Shown here: one piece after another, positions 30,993 to 40,917 of the stretch
How positions within the stretch are numbered: the stretch's first letter is position 1
Layout: every line of letters begins with the position of its first letter
DNA from: Candidatus Abawacabacteria bacterium
GTDB taxonomy: Bacteria > Patescibacteriota > Gracilibacteria > RBG-16-42-10
DNA: 64,000 nucleotides
NCBI GenBank assembly: GCA_016207805.1
Contig: JACQZO010000020.1
Location: 35,634-99,633 of the forward strand
Reading direction: 5' to 3'
Translations under genes and position numbers: made by a program
The notes under the pieces: model-generated
Database searches by the model: none
What the model saw: only the letters and a program-made list of their open reading frames with translations
What the model was told of the DNA's origin: nothing

Positions 30993-32672
30993 ATGAAAAC
31001 AGTCTGTATAAATTGCCGAAATCCCTATGAAATCACTGAGAGTGATATGGATTTCTACGACAAAATCTCGCCAGTAATTGATGGTAAAAAGTATCCCCTG
31101 CCGGCACCAACCAAATGTCCGAGTTGTCGTGTGCAAAGAAGAATGGCCTGGAGAAATGAAAGAACCCTTTATAATCGCAAATGCGATCTTTGCAAAAAGA
31201 GTATTATTTCCATTTTTACTCCTGAAGCTAAACATCCAGTCTATTGTCCTACCTGCTTTGTTAGTGATAAATGGGATGCTACGCACTATGGTAGAAATTT
31301 TGATTTCTCTCGCCCTTTTTTCGAACAATATAGCGAATTACAAAAGGTCGTTCCCATGACTGCATTGCATCATGAAAGAGAAAATGAAAATTGCGAATAT
31401 ACGAATCTTACTTCCGATAACAAAAATTGCTACCTCGTATTTGCCGCTGGTAACAATGAATTTGCTTTCTATACGACCTACCTCCAAAGATGTCGTGATA
31501 TCGCTGATTGCTTTTTTATCTTTGATAGTGAGCTTTGTTACGAATGTATCGATTGTTATCATGGCTACAATTTACTCTATAGTCACAACTGTCAGAATTG
31601 CTCTGATTCACAATTACTCTTTGATTGTAAAAGCTGCAAACATTGTTTCGGTTGTGTAAATCTCACCAATAAGGAGTTCTACATTTTTAATCAACCCTAT
31701 ACTAAAGAAGAATACGCTAACAAAATAAAAGAGTTAACCAACTCTCGTGAATCTTTTGCCGAAGCAAGAAAAGAAGTAGAAAAAATAAAATTAGCTTTAC
31801 CTCATAAATACTATTCTGGGCACAACAATGAAAACTTTTCTGGGGACCATATATTCTCCTCAAAAAATGCCTTCAACTGTTTTGACTGTAACAATTTAGA
31901 GGATTGCAGCTATTGCACTTGGATGACCAAGAGCAAAGACTGTCAGGATTGTTACGCTTGGGGAAATACTGGAGAGCTTGGTTATGAAAATCATTTATGC
32001 GGCAATGGCTATCACAATGTGAAGTTCTGTGATGGTTGTAGCAATGATATTTCCAACTTGATGTACTCAGAATGTATTCGCAACAGTTCCCATGATATCT
32101 TTGGTTGCATCAGTTTATTTAGAAAAGAATACTGTATCCTCAATAAACCATATGCTAAAGAAGACTACTTTAAGCTACTCGCTCAGATTATGGAGCACAT
32201 GCAAAGAAACGGTGAATGGGGTCAGCCTTTCCCTATTTCTTTATCACGCTTTGCTTACAATGAAACAATAGCCCAGGAGTATGCCCCTTTAAGCAAAGAA
32301 GCGGTGATCTCTTTAGGTGGCAGATGGAAAGAAGAAGAACTAAAAACTCATTACCAAGGTAAATCCACGGCTATTCCCTATGATATCAACGAAGTATCCG
32401 ACGATATTTTGAAAGAGATTTTAAGTTGTAAAACGTGTGGCAAAAATTATCGTTTGATTGCCCAAGAGCTTAACCTGTATCGAAAGCTAAAAGTTTCAGT
32501 ACCAGAAAACTGTTTTGCCTGCCGTTACAAAAATAGATTCAATCAAAGAAATCCTAGAAAGTTATATGAGCGCATCTGTCATTCTTGCCAAATAGAAATT
32601 CAAACCACTTATGATCCCCAGAGACCAGAAACCATACTCTGTGAAACATGTTACTTAAAAGAAACACATTGA
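30993..32672 (+). CDS. Cys-rich zinc-ribbon/solenoid paralog 15
   Basis: 559 aa, family motifs. Confidence 0.93.
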   Translation: MKTVCINCRNPYEITESDMDFYDKISPVIDGKKYPLPAPTKCPSCRVQRRMAWRNERTLYNRKCDLCKKSIISIFTPEAKHPVYCPTCFVSDKWDATHYGRNFDFSRPFFEQYSELQKVVPMTALHHERENENCEYTNLTSDNKNCYLVFAAGNNEFAFYTTYLQRCRDIADCFFIFDSELCYECIDCYHGYNLLYSHNCQNCSDSQLLFDCKSCKHCFGCVNLTNKEFYIFNQPYTKEEYANKIKELTNSRESFAEARKEVEKIKLALPHKYYSGHNNENFSGDHIFSSKNAFNCFDCNNLEDCSYCTWMTKSKDCQDCYAWGNTGELGYENHLCGNGYHNVKFCDGCSNDISNLMYSECIRNSSHDIFGCISLFRKEYCILNKPYAKEDYFKLLAQIMEHMQRNGEWGQPFPISLSRFAYNETIAQEYAPLSKEAVISLGGRWKEEELKTHYQGKSTAIPYDINEVSDDILKEILSCKTCGKNYRLIAQELNLYRKLKVSVPENCFACRYKNRFNQRNPRKLYERICHSCQIEIQTTYDPQRPETILCETCYLKETH

Positions 32673-32676
32673 GACT

Positions 32677-32758
32677 AGAAAGCAAAGAGCAAAGAGCAAG
32701 GAGCAAAGATATAGCTCCCCTAAACACCTTGCTCTTTGCTCTCTACTCTTTGCACTTT
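32677..32758. repeat. AGCAAAG heptamer inverted repeat at the paralog 15/16 junction
   Basis: agcaaagagcaaagagcaaggagcaaag ... cttgctctttgctctctactctttgcac. Confidence 0.85.
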
Positions 32759-32768
32759 AACCTATTCT

Positions 32769-34436
32769 ATGTCTCAAGCCTGCATCAATTGTCATCAGCC
32801 ATTCGAAATATTTCCCGAAGATTCACACTTCTATGAAAAGGTTTCACCGGTGGTTCATGGCCAAAAGCTTTTGATCCCATCACCTACTCATTGTCCTACT
32901 TGCCGAATGCAGAGACGATTAGCGTTTAGGAATATGTGGCACCTGTATAACAGAAAGTGTGATCTGAGTGGCAAGGCGATTATTTCCATGTATGCTCCAG
33001 ACAGCGGTTACACAGTATATGAAAATCAGGAATGGTGGTCAGACAAATGGGATGCTCTTTCTTATGGTCGAGAAATAGATTGGAATAAGTCTATCATTAT
33101 GCAAATACATGAATTAATAAAAGTAGTACCGAAGTTTGCTACCCAAAACTCTACCTCAGAAAATTGCAATTATTCTAATATGGTATCGCAGAGTAAGAAT
33201 TGCTATCTCGCATTTGGTTGCGTAGAAAGTGAAGATTGTTTCTACGGCCATATAATTGGCAAATGTAAGCAGTCGATGGATATTATGTATACGTATGGAT
33301 CGGAACGATGCTATGAATGTGTCGACTGCCGCGATTCATACAATCTCAAATTTAGTAAAGATTGTGATAATTGTAGCGACAGTAGTTTTTTAGAAAATTG
33401 CAAAAGCTGTAAACATTGTTTTGGCTGTTTTGGCTTGAGACACAAAGAGTATCATTTCTTTAATCAGCCGTGCTCCCAAGAACAATATGAACATAAGTTA
33501 GCAGAATTTCGCGTGATTTCTACAGAAAAGAAAAAAGTTATTCAGAGTCAATTAGCTGAACTGAGAAAGCAAACACCTGTTCTTTATATGCACTGTATTG
33601 GTAATGAAGATTGCAGTGTCGATTACATCTACTACAGTAAAAATGTTCATGACTCATATGATGTCACTCATGCCGAAGACTGTCGTTATTGCACTACCAC
33701 CAAGGGCAAAGACTGTTATGATATTACTTATGCTAGGGTAGAAAATGAACTGGGTTATGAAGACTTATTTGTACAAGGTTATAATATTCTTTTTTCCCGA
33801 GATTGCGTCGTCAATAACCAACACTTAATTTATTGTGGCAATTGTTTTTCTTGCAAAAACTGCTTTGCTTGTGTGGGGCTACGTAGTAAGGAGTACTGTA
33901 TTTTAAACAGGCAATATTCTAAGGAAGAATATGAAAGTCTCCTGCCAAAGTTAGTAACCTTAATGCAACAACATAATGAATGGGGTGAGTTTTTTCCCAT
34001 GACTCTTTCACTTTTCGCTTACAATGAAAGTGCTGCCAATGAATACTTCCCCTTAACGAAAGAACAAGCTCAAGCACAAGGATTACGCTGGAAAGACAAT
34101 AATGAAATAAACCAATATACTGGACCAAAAGTACAACCTCCTGATGACATTACTCAAGTTTCAGAAAGTATTCTCAAAGAAATTCTCACCTGCGAAACCT
34201 GCCAAAAAAATTACCGTATCGTAGCTCAAGAATTTGCTTTTTATCAAGAGCAAAATATCAGCATCCCTAAAGAATGCTTCTTTTGCAGAAATAAAAGACG
34301 CTTACTTTCACGCAACCCAAGAAAACTTTTTCATCGTAATTGCACCAAATGTAACACCGCGTTACAGACCACTTATGCTCCGGAAAGACCTGAAAAGATT
34401 TTGTGTGAGAATTGTTACTTGAAAGAAACCTATTAA
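32769..34436 (+). CDS. Cys-rich zinc-ribbon/solenoid paralog 16
   Basis: Family motifs; ATG 32769 (MSQACINC) aligns with other paralogs. Confidence 0.93.
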   Translation: MSQACINCHQPFEIFPEDSHFYEKVSPVVHGQKLLIPSPTHCPTCRMQRRLAFRNMWHLYNRKCDLSGKAIISMYAPDSGYTVYENQEWWSDKWDALSYGREIDWNKSIIMQIHELIKVVPKFATQNSTSENCNYSNMVSQSKNCYLAFGCVESEDCFYGHIIGKCKQSMDIMYTYGSERCYECVDCRDSYNLKFSKDCDNCSDSSFLENCKSCKHCFGCFGLRHKEYHFFNQPCSQEQYEHKLAEFRVISTEKKKVIQSQLAELRKQTPVLYMHCIGNEDCSVDYIYYSKNVHDSYDVTHAEDCRYCTTTKGKDCYDITYARVENELGYEDLFVQGYNILFSRDCVVNNQHLIYCGNCFSCKNCFACVGLRSKEYCILNRQYSKEEYESLLPKLVTLMQQHNEWGEFFPMTLSLFAYNESAANEYFPLTKEQAQAQGLRWKDNNEINQYTGPKVQPPDDITQVSESILKEILTCETCQKNYRIVAQEFAFYQEQNISIPKECFFCRNKRRLLSRNPRKLFHRNCTKCNTALQTTYAPERPEKILCENCYLKETY

Positions 34437-34438
34437 CC

Positions 34439-34488
34439 AGAGCTAAGAGCTGAGAGCGAAGAGCTAAGATCGGCTCACTCTTAGCTCT
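34439..34488. repeat. AGAGCT(A/G) heptamer inverted repeat at the paralog 16/17 junction
   Basis: agagctaagagctgagagcgaagagctaaga ... ctcttagctct; homologous to 25746-25809. Confidence 0.85.
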
Positions 34489-34496
34489 AACACCCT

Positions 34497-36161
34497 ATGT
34501 CCAATACTTGCCCACAATGTTCCTCACAATTCACCATCGCCCAGGAAGACCTAGACTTTTATGAAAAGGTTTCACCCGAAATTAACTGCAAAAAGTTTTT
34601 AATTCCAGCACCATTACAATGTCCTGATTGTCGGGAACGTAATCGCATTGCTTTTCGAAATGAGCGAAAACTTTATCAAAGAAAATGTGATCTTTGTAAA
34701 AAAGAAATCATTGCCGTTCATGCTTCAGAAAAAAAGACCAAGGTATATTGCACTACTTGTTGGTGGAGTGATAATTGGAACTCCGAAGATTCTGGCCAAG
34801 ATTTCGATTTCAGCAGACCATTTTTTGCTCAACTTCAGGAAGTATTGCTCAAGGCACCTCTGCTCAATCTATTTGCCAAGAATAATGTCAATAGTGACTA
34901 TGTAAACCAAGAGACTGATGACAAAAACTGCTATCTAAATGCCGGGGGACATTTTAATGAAGATTGTTATTACAATACTTACTGTATCAAAGGGAAAAAT
35001 AATGTAGATAATTACTGGCTGATGAGTTCAGAACTTTGTTATATGTGCCTGCACTCGGAAAGTTGCTATCAAAGTAGTTACTTACAATTTTGCCAAAATG
35101 TCAGAGATAGTCAGTACTGTTTTGATTGCAAAGATTGTGATCACTGTTTTGGTTGTTATGGCTTAAGGCATAAAAAGTATTACTTTTTTAATGAACAATT
35201 GACGAAAGAAGCTTACGAAGAAAAAGTAGCCCAGGCTACGAGAGACTATGAAGCGAGAGAATTAACGAAACAAAAAGCAGCTGAGTACTTTCTCAAGTAT
35301 CCTCACAAAGCAACCCAAAATACTCAATGTGAAGACGTTACTGGTGATCAGCTCACTCAATGTAAAAATGCTTATAACTGCTTTAATTCCGAAAAGCTCC
35401 AAGATTGTAAAAATGTTTTTATTGCAGTGGAACTTAAGGATGTTCAAGATATTGGCTCAATTGGTTGGGGAGAGTTAGTGTATTTTTCTGCTTCTTCGAT
35501 GCAATGTTATCAAGTTTGTTTTTGTTCTCATTCATCCGAGATCAAGCAGGCACTTTATTGTTTCCAATGCTTCAATATTCAGCATTGCTTCGGCTGCGTC
35601 GGTTTGCATAATAAAGCATATTGCATTCTCAATAAGCAATATAGCAAAGAACAATATGAAGAACTGCTAGCAAAAGTTATTGCCCATATGCAAAACACAG
35701 GAGAATGGGGACAGTTTTTTCCTATGGCATTATCGCCTTTCGCCTACAATGAAACGGTTGCTCAAGAATATTTTCCTAGAACTCAAGAAGAAATTATTGA
35801 TGAAGGACTCAATTGGCATGATCCACATTCTTTAAATCGTTATGAAGGACCAAAAGTTGCCATTCCTAATCGTATTGAAGAAACACAAGATGAGTTGGTA
35901 AAACAAATTTTAACTTGCGAAGGCTGTGGCAAAAACTACAAGCTCATTCAACAAGAGTTAGAGTTCTATCGTCACATGCATTTGCCAGTGCCTCATCATT
36001 GTTGGGAATGCCGTCATCGTGAACGGATTAATCGTAATCCGCCAAGAAAGCTCTGGAATAGAGAATGTTCATCATGCCAAATAAAGTTACAAACTACTTA
36101 CGCTCCCGAAAGAAAAGAACAAATTGTTTGTGAGCCCTGCTACCTAAAAGAAACGTATTGA
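34497..36161 (+). CDS. Cys-rich zinc-ribbon/solenoid paralog 17
   Basis: 554 aa, family motifs. Confidence 0.93.
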   Translation: MSNTCPQCSSQFTIAQEDLDFYEKVSPEINCKKFLIPAPLQCPDCRERNRIAFRNERKLYQRKCDLCKKEIIAVHASEKKTKVYCTTCWWSDNWNSEDSGQDFDFSRPFFAQLQEVLLKAPLLNLFAKNNVNSDYVNQETDDKNCYLNAGGHFNEDCYYNTYCIKGKNNVDNYWLMSSELCYMCLHSESCYQSSYLQFCQNVRDSQYCFDCKDCDHCFGCYGLRHKKYYFFNEQLTKEAYEEKVAQATRDYEARELTKQKAAEYFLKYPHKATQNTQCEDVTGDQLTQCKNAYNCFNSEKLQDCKNVFIAVELKDVQDIGSIGWGELVYFSASSMQCYQVCFCSHSSEIKQALYCFQCFNIQHCFGCVGLHNKAYCILNKQYSKEQYEELLAKVIAHMQNTGEWGQFFPMALSPFAYNETVAQEYFPRTQEEIIDEGLNWHDPHSLNRYEGPKVAIPNRIEETQDELVKQILTCEGCGKNYKLIQQELEFYRHMHLPVPHHCWECRHRERINRNPPRKLWNRECSSCQIKLQTTYAPERKEQIVCEPCYLKETY

Positions 36162-36185
36162 ATTCTGAATTAAACTTAATCTTCT

Positions 36186-37856
36186 ATGAATAAAATCTGT
36201 AATCACTGTCAAAACCAGTTCGAGATCAATGAGCAAGATTTAACTTTTTACGATAAAGTTTCTCCAATTATCAATGGTGAAAAACTTGCCCTTCCCCCAC
36301 CTTCTCTTTGCCAATATTGCCGCCAAAGAAGAAGACAATTGTGGCGTAATGAAAGAAAATTATATAATCGCAAATGCGATCTCACTGGTAAACAGATTAT
36401 TTCTGTACATGCTCCAGATTGCCAGTATAAAGTATATGAACAAAAAGCTTGGTGGAGTGATCAGTGGGATGATTTATCTCTAGGTAGGGACTTTGATTTC
36501 TCCAAAACATTCTTTGAACAGTATAAAGAGCTAATGAAAGTAGCTCCCCGCTCAGCATTGTGGAATGTCGATCCAGAAAATAGTGACTATAATCAATCTA
36601 CTGGTTGGCTCAAAAACTGTTATCTCATGGCCGCTGCCAATCGTAATCAAGATTGTTACTATGGCAACTATGTCAATGATTGTCGTGACTGTGTTGATAA
36701 TTTAATGATTAAGAATTCTGAGCTTTGTTATGAATGTATCGAGTGTGAAGAATGTTATGATTGTGCTTTTTGCAAAAATTGTAACGGTTGTCAGTCATCC
36801 CAATTTCTTATTAGTTGTATTGGCTGCAACAACTGTTTTGGTTGCGTCAATTTACAGAGAAAGCAGTATTGTTTTTTTAATGAACAGTTGAGCAAAGAAG
36901 AATATGAGAAGCGACTAAGTGAAATTCGGACAAATAGTTATACGGTAGTAGAAAAGCTAAAAGAAGTAATGCAAGAAAAAGCTTTACAGTTTCCTCATAA
37001 GTTCATGATTGGTTCTCGAAACGAAAATGTTACCGGAAATAGTATCTTTTTTTCTCGTAATTGTGAGTCTTGTTATGATGTGAGCAAGCTAGAAAATTGT
37101 AAGTATGCTATGTGGTTTCATGATGCTAAAGATTGTATGGACGTTTTCGCTTGGGGCATGCCCGCTGAACTTTGTTATGACTCCATGGAAGTTGGTGGTG
37201 GGGCTTATCAAAATTTATTTTGTGCCACGTGTAACGGCTGCAAGTATGCTTACTATGCTACGCAATGTATGTTCTCGGAACACATATTTGGCTGTGCAAG
37301 CTTACGACGAAGAAAGTACTGCATTTTGAACAAACAATACTCACAGGCAGACTATGAAGCGCTATTGCCGAGAATAATTAAGCACATGCAAACTACCGGC
37401 GAATGGGGCGAGTTTTTCCCACTAGATACTGCCCCTTATGCCTACAATGAAACGGTAGCTATTGAATACTACCCGATAAGTAAAGAAGAAGCCTTACATT
37501 TAGGAGCAAAATGGAAAGAAGATCAAAGCAGCAGCGCTTACCAAGGACCAGAAATAAAAGTACCTGATGACATTCATGAAGTAAGTGAAGACATTTGTAA
37601 AAATATCCTCACCTGCGAAAAATGTCAGAAAAACTATCGTATTATTCAACAAGAATTACAATTTTATAAAAATCATCATTTCCCCGTCCCTCACCTCTGC
37701 CCCATGTGCCGCCATCAGAATCGCCTCAATCGTAGAAATCCCCGAAGACTTTGGGATAGAAGCTGTATGAAATGCAATATTCCATTGAAAACTACCTATG
37801 CTCCAGAAAGAGCCGAAAAAGTACTTTGTGAGAGCTGCTATTCAAAGGAATTATAG
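36186..37856 (+). CDS. Cys-rich zinc-ribbon/solenoid paralog 18
   Basis: 556 aa, family motifs. Confidence 0.93.
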   Translation: MNKICNHCQNQFEINEQDLTFYDKVSPIINGEKLALPPPSLCQYCRQRRRQLWRNERKLYNRKCDLTGKQIISVHAPDCQYKVYEQKAWWSDQWDDLSLGRDFDFSKTFFEQYKELMKVAPRSALWNVDPENSDYNQSTGWLKNCYLMAAANRNQDCYYGNYVNDCRDCVDNLMIKNSELCYECIECEECYDCAFCKNCNGCQSSQFLISCIGCNNCFGCVNLQRKQYCFFNEQLSKEEYEKRLSEIRTNSYTVVEKLKEVMQEKALQFPHKFMIGSRNENVTGNSIFFSRNCESCYDVSKLENCKYAMWFHDAKDCMDVFAWGMPAELCYDSMEVGGGAYQNLFCATCNGCKYAYYATQCMFSEHIFGCASLRRRKYCILNKQYSQADYEALLPRIIKHMQTTGEWGEFFPLDTAPYAYNETVAIEYYPISKEEALHLGAKWKEDQSSSAYQGPEIKVPDDIHEVSEDICKNILTCEKCQKNYRIIQQELQFYKNHHFPVPHLCPMCRHQNRLNRRNPRRLWDRSCMKCNIPLKTTYAPERAEKVLCESCYSKEL

Positions 37857-38342
37857 AAGCTAAAAGCTAGAATCTAAAATCTAAATTAAAAAAGGCCGCT
37901 TGGACAAATCGAGTTTTTCATTTTTCTTATGTTACAAAGAAAATACTTTACTCATTATACATGAAGCAAAATATCGTTAAAGAAAAAAGCTATAAATTTG
38001 TGGTGTCAATATTTCCATTATATCGAATACTAAAGTGCAAACGTGAATATGACATTGTGAGGCAACTTTGGCGGAGCAGTACAAGTATTGGGGCAAACAT
38101 TGAAGAAGCAGTAGCTGCATATAGTAGAGCTGACTTCGGTCACAAATTGACTATTGCTTTAAAGGAAGCCAGAGAAACACGATACTGGTTAAACTTACTA
38201 AAGGATATTCAGCTACTGACTGATATTAATGATCATTTGGCAATGATCGAAAGCATCATTTCGATTCTTACTAGAACAGTAAAAACTCTTAATTCTCACC
38301 TTTCTCACTAATTTTAGATTCTAGATTTTAGCTTTTAGATTT
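37857..38342. repeat. Heptamer inverted-repeat pair (37857-37890 / 38310-38342) enclosing a four-helix-bundle gene
   Basis: aagctaaaagctagaatctaaaatctaaatt vs aattttagattctagattttagcttttagattt. Confidence 0.85.
37961..38311 (+). CDS. Four helix bundle protein (23S rRNA IVS protein / Avd-like fold)
   Basis: EKSY.F...RQLWRSSTSIGANIEEA....SRADF.HKL.IALKEARETRYWL.LL signature. Confidence 0.93.
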   Translation: MKQNIVKEKSYKFVVSIFPLYRILKCKREYDIVRQLWRSSTSIGANIEEAVAAYSRADFGHKLTIALKEARETRYWLNLLKDIQLLTDINDHLAMIESIISILTRTVKTLNSHLSH

Positions 38343-39101
38343 TCATCTAACAATAAAGCTCGTCGCCCCGAGCCATGCCAAGTCAAACATCGCTTTTTGG
38401 GTTTGCGTATTTACAGCACTTTGAATAATCACGCCCAGCAGCTCTGTTTTATCATAGGAAATAATCGCCATTTTATCATCATAGAAAAACACCCCATTTC
38501 TAAAAGGAAATTGTTTCGGATTAACAGTGAAGACTTCTAAAAGGCTAGCTGCAATCACTTCAGTGAAAAAACTTTTGATGCAAAAATCATTTTCCTCATC
38601 ATTGGGTGCCAAAAATCGCACTTTCTGTTCTCGTCGCATGATCGAATTAGCAAACTTTCCTAATACTTCAGGAAATAGTTCCTGCAAAGAAGCAAAGTTC
38701 GTATACCCCAAAATCTCTGTTTGCGCCTTAGTCATATCTTCAAATATAGTAGTAATACTTTGTCTTTCTTCATAATAACGAATCTTGGGAGTAAAACTCG
38801 CAGAATTCTGTAAGGCAATTAACTCGGGCAAAACCTTTTGTGCTATCTGATACTTCTCTTCCAATTTACTTACTAATAGTGTTGGCGATTCAGGCACATA
38901 AAACTGTACATTTTTTCGTTTACTTACAGTTACATAACCTTTGTCGACCAAGTTAGACAGTGTATTATAACTAGTAACACGGTTAAGCTGGGCCTTTTTT
39001 GCAAGCGCACTAACCACTCCGCCACCAAGCTCAAGTAAAGCAAGGTAAACTGCTACTTCCGACTGAGTCAGACCTAAATACTCCAATTCACCTTTAATCA
39101 T
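38343..39101 (-). CDS. TrmB-family HTH transcriptional regulator
   Basis: LGLTQSEVAVYLALLELG...LAKKAQLNRVTSYNTL..LVDKGYV winged HTH; C-terminal YDDKMAIIS...GVIIQS...TQKAMFDLAW. Confidence 0.88.
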   Translation of the reverse strand: MIKGELEYLGLTQSEVAVYLALLELGGGVVSALAKKAQLNRVTSYNTLSNLVDKGYVTVSKRKNVQFYVPESPTLLVSKLEEKYQIAQKVLPELIALQNSASFTPKIRYYEERQSITTIFEDMTKAQTEILGYTNFASLQELFPEVLGKFANSIMRREQKVRFLAPNDEENDFCIKSFFTEVIAASLLEVFTVNPKQFPFRNGVFFYDDKMAIISYDKTELLGVIIQSAVNTQTQKAMFDLAWLGATSFIVR

Positions 39102-39240
39102 GCAATGTCGTCGATACTCTTCTACACCTATTGTATCACAACACTACTCAAGCTACTATAAAAATAATTGTAAATTATTCTAGAAATTATGTTCACCAAA
39201 CTTTCTCAATCGCACCTCTTTTGCCATCACCTGTAATTAT

Positions 39241-40908
39241 ATGAATTGTCGTCTCTGTTCACACTCTTTCACCACATCTCCTGAAGCACTTGCTTTTATC
39301 GACCGTATATCACCTGTGATCAAAGGAGTAAAGCAGAGCATCGACGCTCCACGACTATGTCCCCGATGCCGAGCCTTACGACGCTGCGCTTTTAGAAATG
39401 AACATGCACTTTATCATCGTAAATGTGACTTATCGGGACATGAATTCATCTCTATTTATGTTTCCGATGCGCCCTACAAAGTCTATGAACCAAAAGAATG
39501 GTGGAGCGATCGTTGGGATCCTTTAGAATATGGGCGAGACTACGACTTTTCTCGACCTTTTTTTGAGCAATTTGCTGAATTACAAAAAGCTGTGCCCCGC
39601 TTGGGTATGGTCAGCATGATGAATGAAAATAGCGATTACACAAATTATGTCTCCTACCTCAAGAATTGTTATCTTGTTTTCACAGCAGATTATAATCAAG
39701 ATTGTTTATATGGCGTTTGGGTGGAATACAGTAAAGATTGTGTCGACAACTTTTATATCGATCATTGTGATCTCACCTATAATTCTTTTTTCTCTCAAAA
39801 TATCTACAATAGTAGCTTTATCTTAAATTCTTCAGAGTGCCATGACTCAGCCTTTCTTTATGATTGCAAAGCCTGCCACGATTGTTTTCTTTCAGTGGGG
39901 TTGCGCAATAAAAAGTATCACATAGAAAACCAACCTTATAGCAAAGCAGAGTATGAAGCGAAAAGAAAAACATATGATTTGGGCTCCAATAAACAATTGA
40001 AAGAAATCAAAAAAAGTTTCTTTGCCATGCTTTTAGAGCATCCCAGATTATTTATGCAACGCACTGGCAGAATAAACAATTCCAGTGGCAACATGCTCAC
40101 CGACACAGAGAATTGTCTTGAGTGTTTTGATGTAGTAAGAGCAAAAGACTGTCGATTGGTACAAAATGGTATTGATATTAAAGATCTCCAAGACTGCTGC
40201 TATGTAATTGGTGAGTTTGGCTATGAAAATTGTGAATGTGCGCCAATTCCTTTTCAATCAGCATTCAATTTGAATAGCTACACTGGTAGCAATCTCTGGT
40301 ATACGGATACCTGCATGAATAATTGCCAAAATTGTTTTGGCTGTATCAGTTTACGGCACAAAGAATATTGTGTTTTAAATAAACAATACACTAAAGAACA
40401 ATACGAAGAGTTGTTACCAAAAATCATTGCTCACATGAAATCAACTGGTGAATGGGGCGAGTTTTTCCCTATCGCATTGTCACCTTTCGCTTACAATGAA
40501 ACTTCAGCATATGACCATTTTCCTTTGACCAAGGAACGAGCCTTAGCTATTGGCGCAAAATGGAAAGAAGACATAGCTACCTCAAAGCATTATGGCCAAG
40601 AGCTCCATGTTCCTGACCATATCAAAGATGTTACAGATGAAATTACTAAGCAAATTTTCACCTGCATCACTTGTCAAAAGCAGTATCGGATTATCCAACA
40701 AGAACTAAAGTTCTACCGCCAACAAAATCTTGCTATTCCTCAACAATGTTTTGACTGCCGCCACCGTGAACGCCTGAGCTGGAAAAATAATTGGACGCTG
40801 TGGGATAGAAATTGTGCTCAGTGTAATACACAAATACAAACAACTTATTCACCAGAAAGAAAAGAGATCTTGTACTGTGAAAAATGTTATTTGAAGTCAA
40901 CTTATTGA
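39241..40908 (+). CDS. Cys-rich zinc-ribbon/solenoid paralog 19
   Basis: 555 aa, family motifs; divergent from the TrmB-like gene. Confidence 0.93.
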   Translation: MNCRLCSHSFTTSPEALAFIDRISPVIKGVKQSIDAPRLCPRCRALRRCAFRNEHALYHRKCDLSGHEFISIYVSDAPYKVYEPKEWWSDRWDPLEYGRDYDFSRPFFEQFAELQKAVPRLGMVSMMNENSDYTNYVSYLKNCYLVFTADYNQDCLYGVWVEYSKDCVDNFYIDHCDLTYNSFFSQNIYNSSFILNSSECHDSAFLYDCKACHDCFLSVGLRNKKYHIENQPYSKAEYEAKRKTYDLGSNKQLKEIKKSFFAMLLEHPRLFMQRTGRINNSSGNMLTDTENCLECFDVVRAKDCRLVQNGIDIKDLQDCCYVIGEFGYENCECAPIPFQSAFNLNSYTGSNLWYTDTCMNNCQNCFGCISLRHKEYCVLNKQYTKEQYEELLPKIIAHMKSTGEWGEFFPIALSPFAYNETSAYDHFPLTKERALAIGAKWKEDIATSKHYGQELHVPDHIKDVTDEITKQIFTCITCQKQYRIIQQELKFYRQQNLAIPQQCFDCRHRERLSWKNNWTLWDRNCAQCNTQIQTTYSPERKEILYCEKCYLKSTY

Positions 40909-40917
40909 TAGCCTACT

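Noticed and set aside
25746..34488. CRISPR array
   Set aside because: Repeats are short-period degenerate tracts without regular unique spacers; no cas genes
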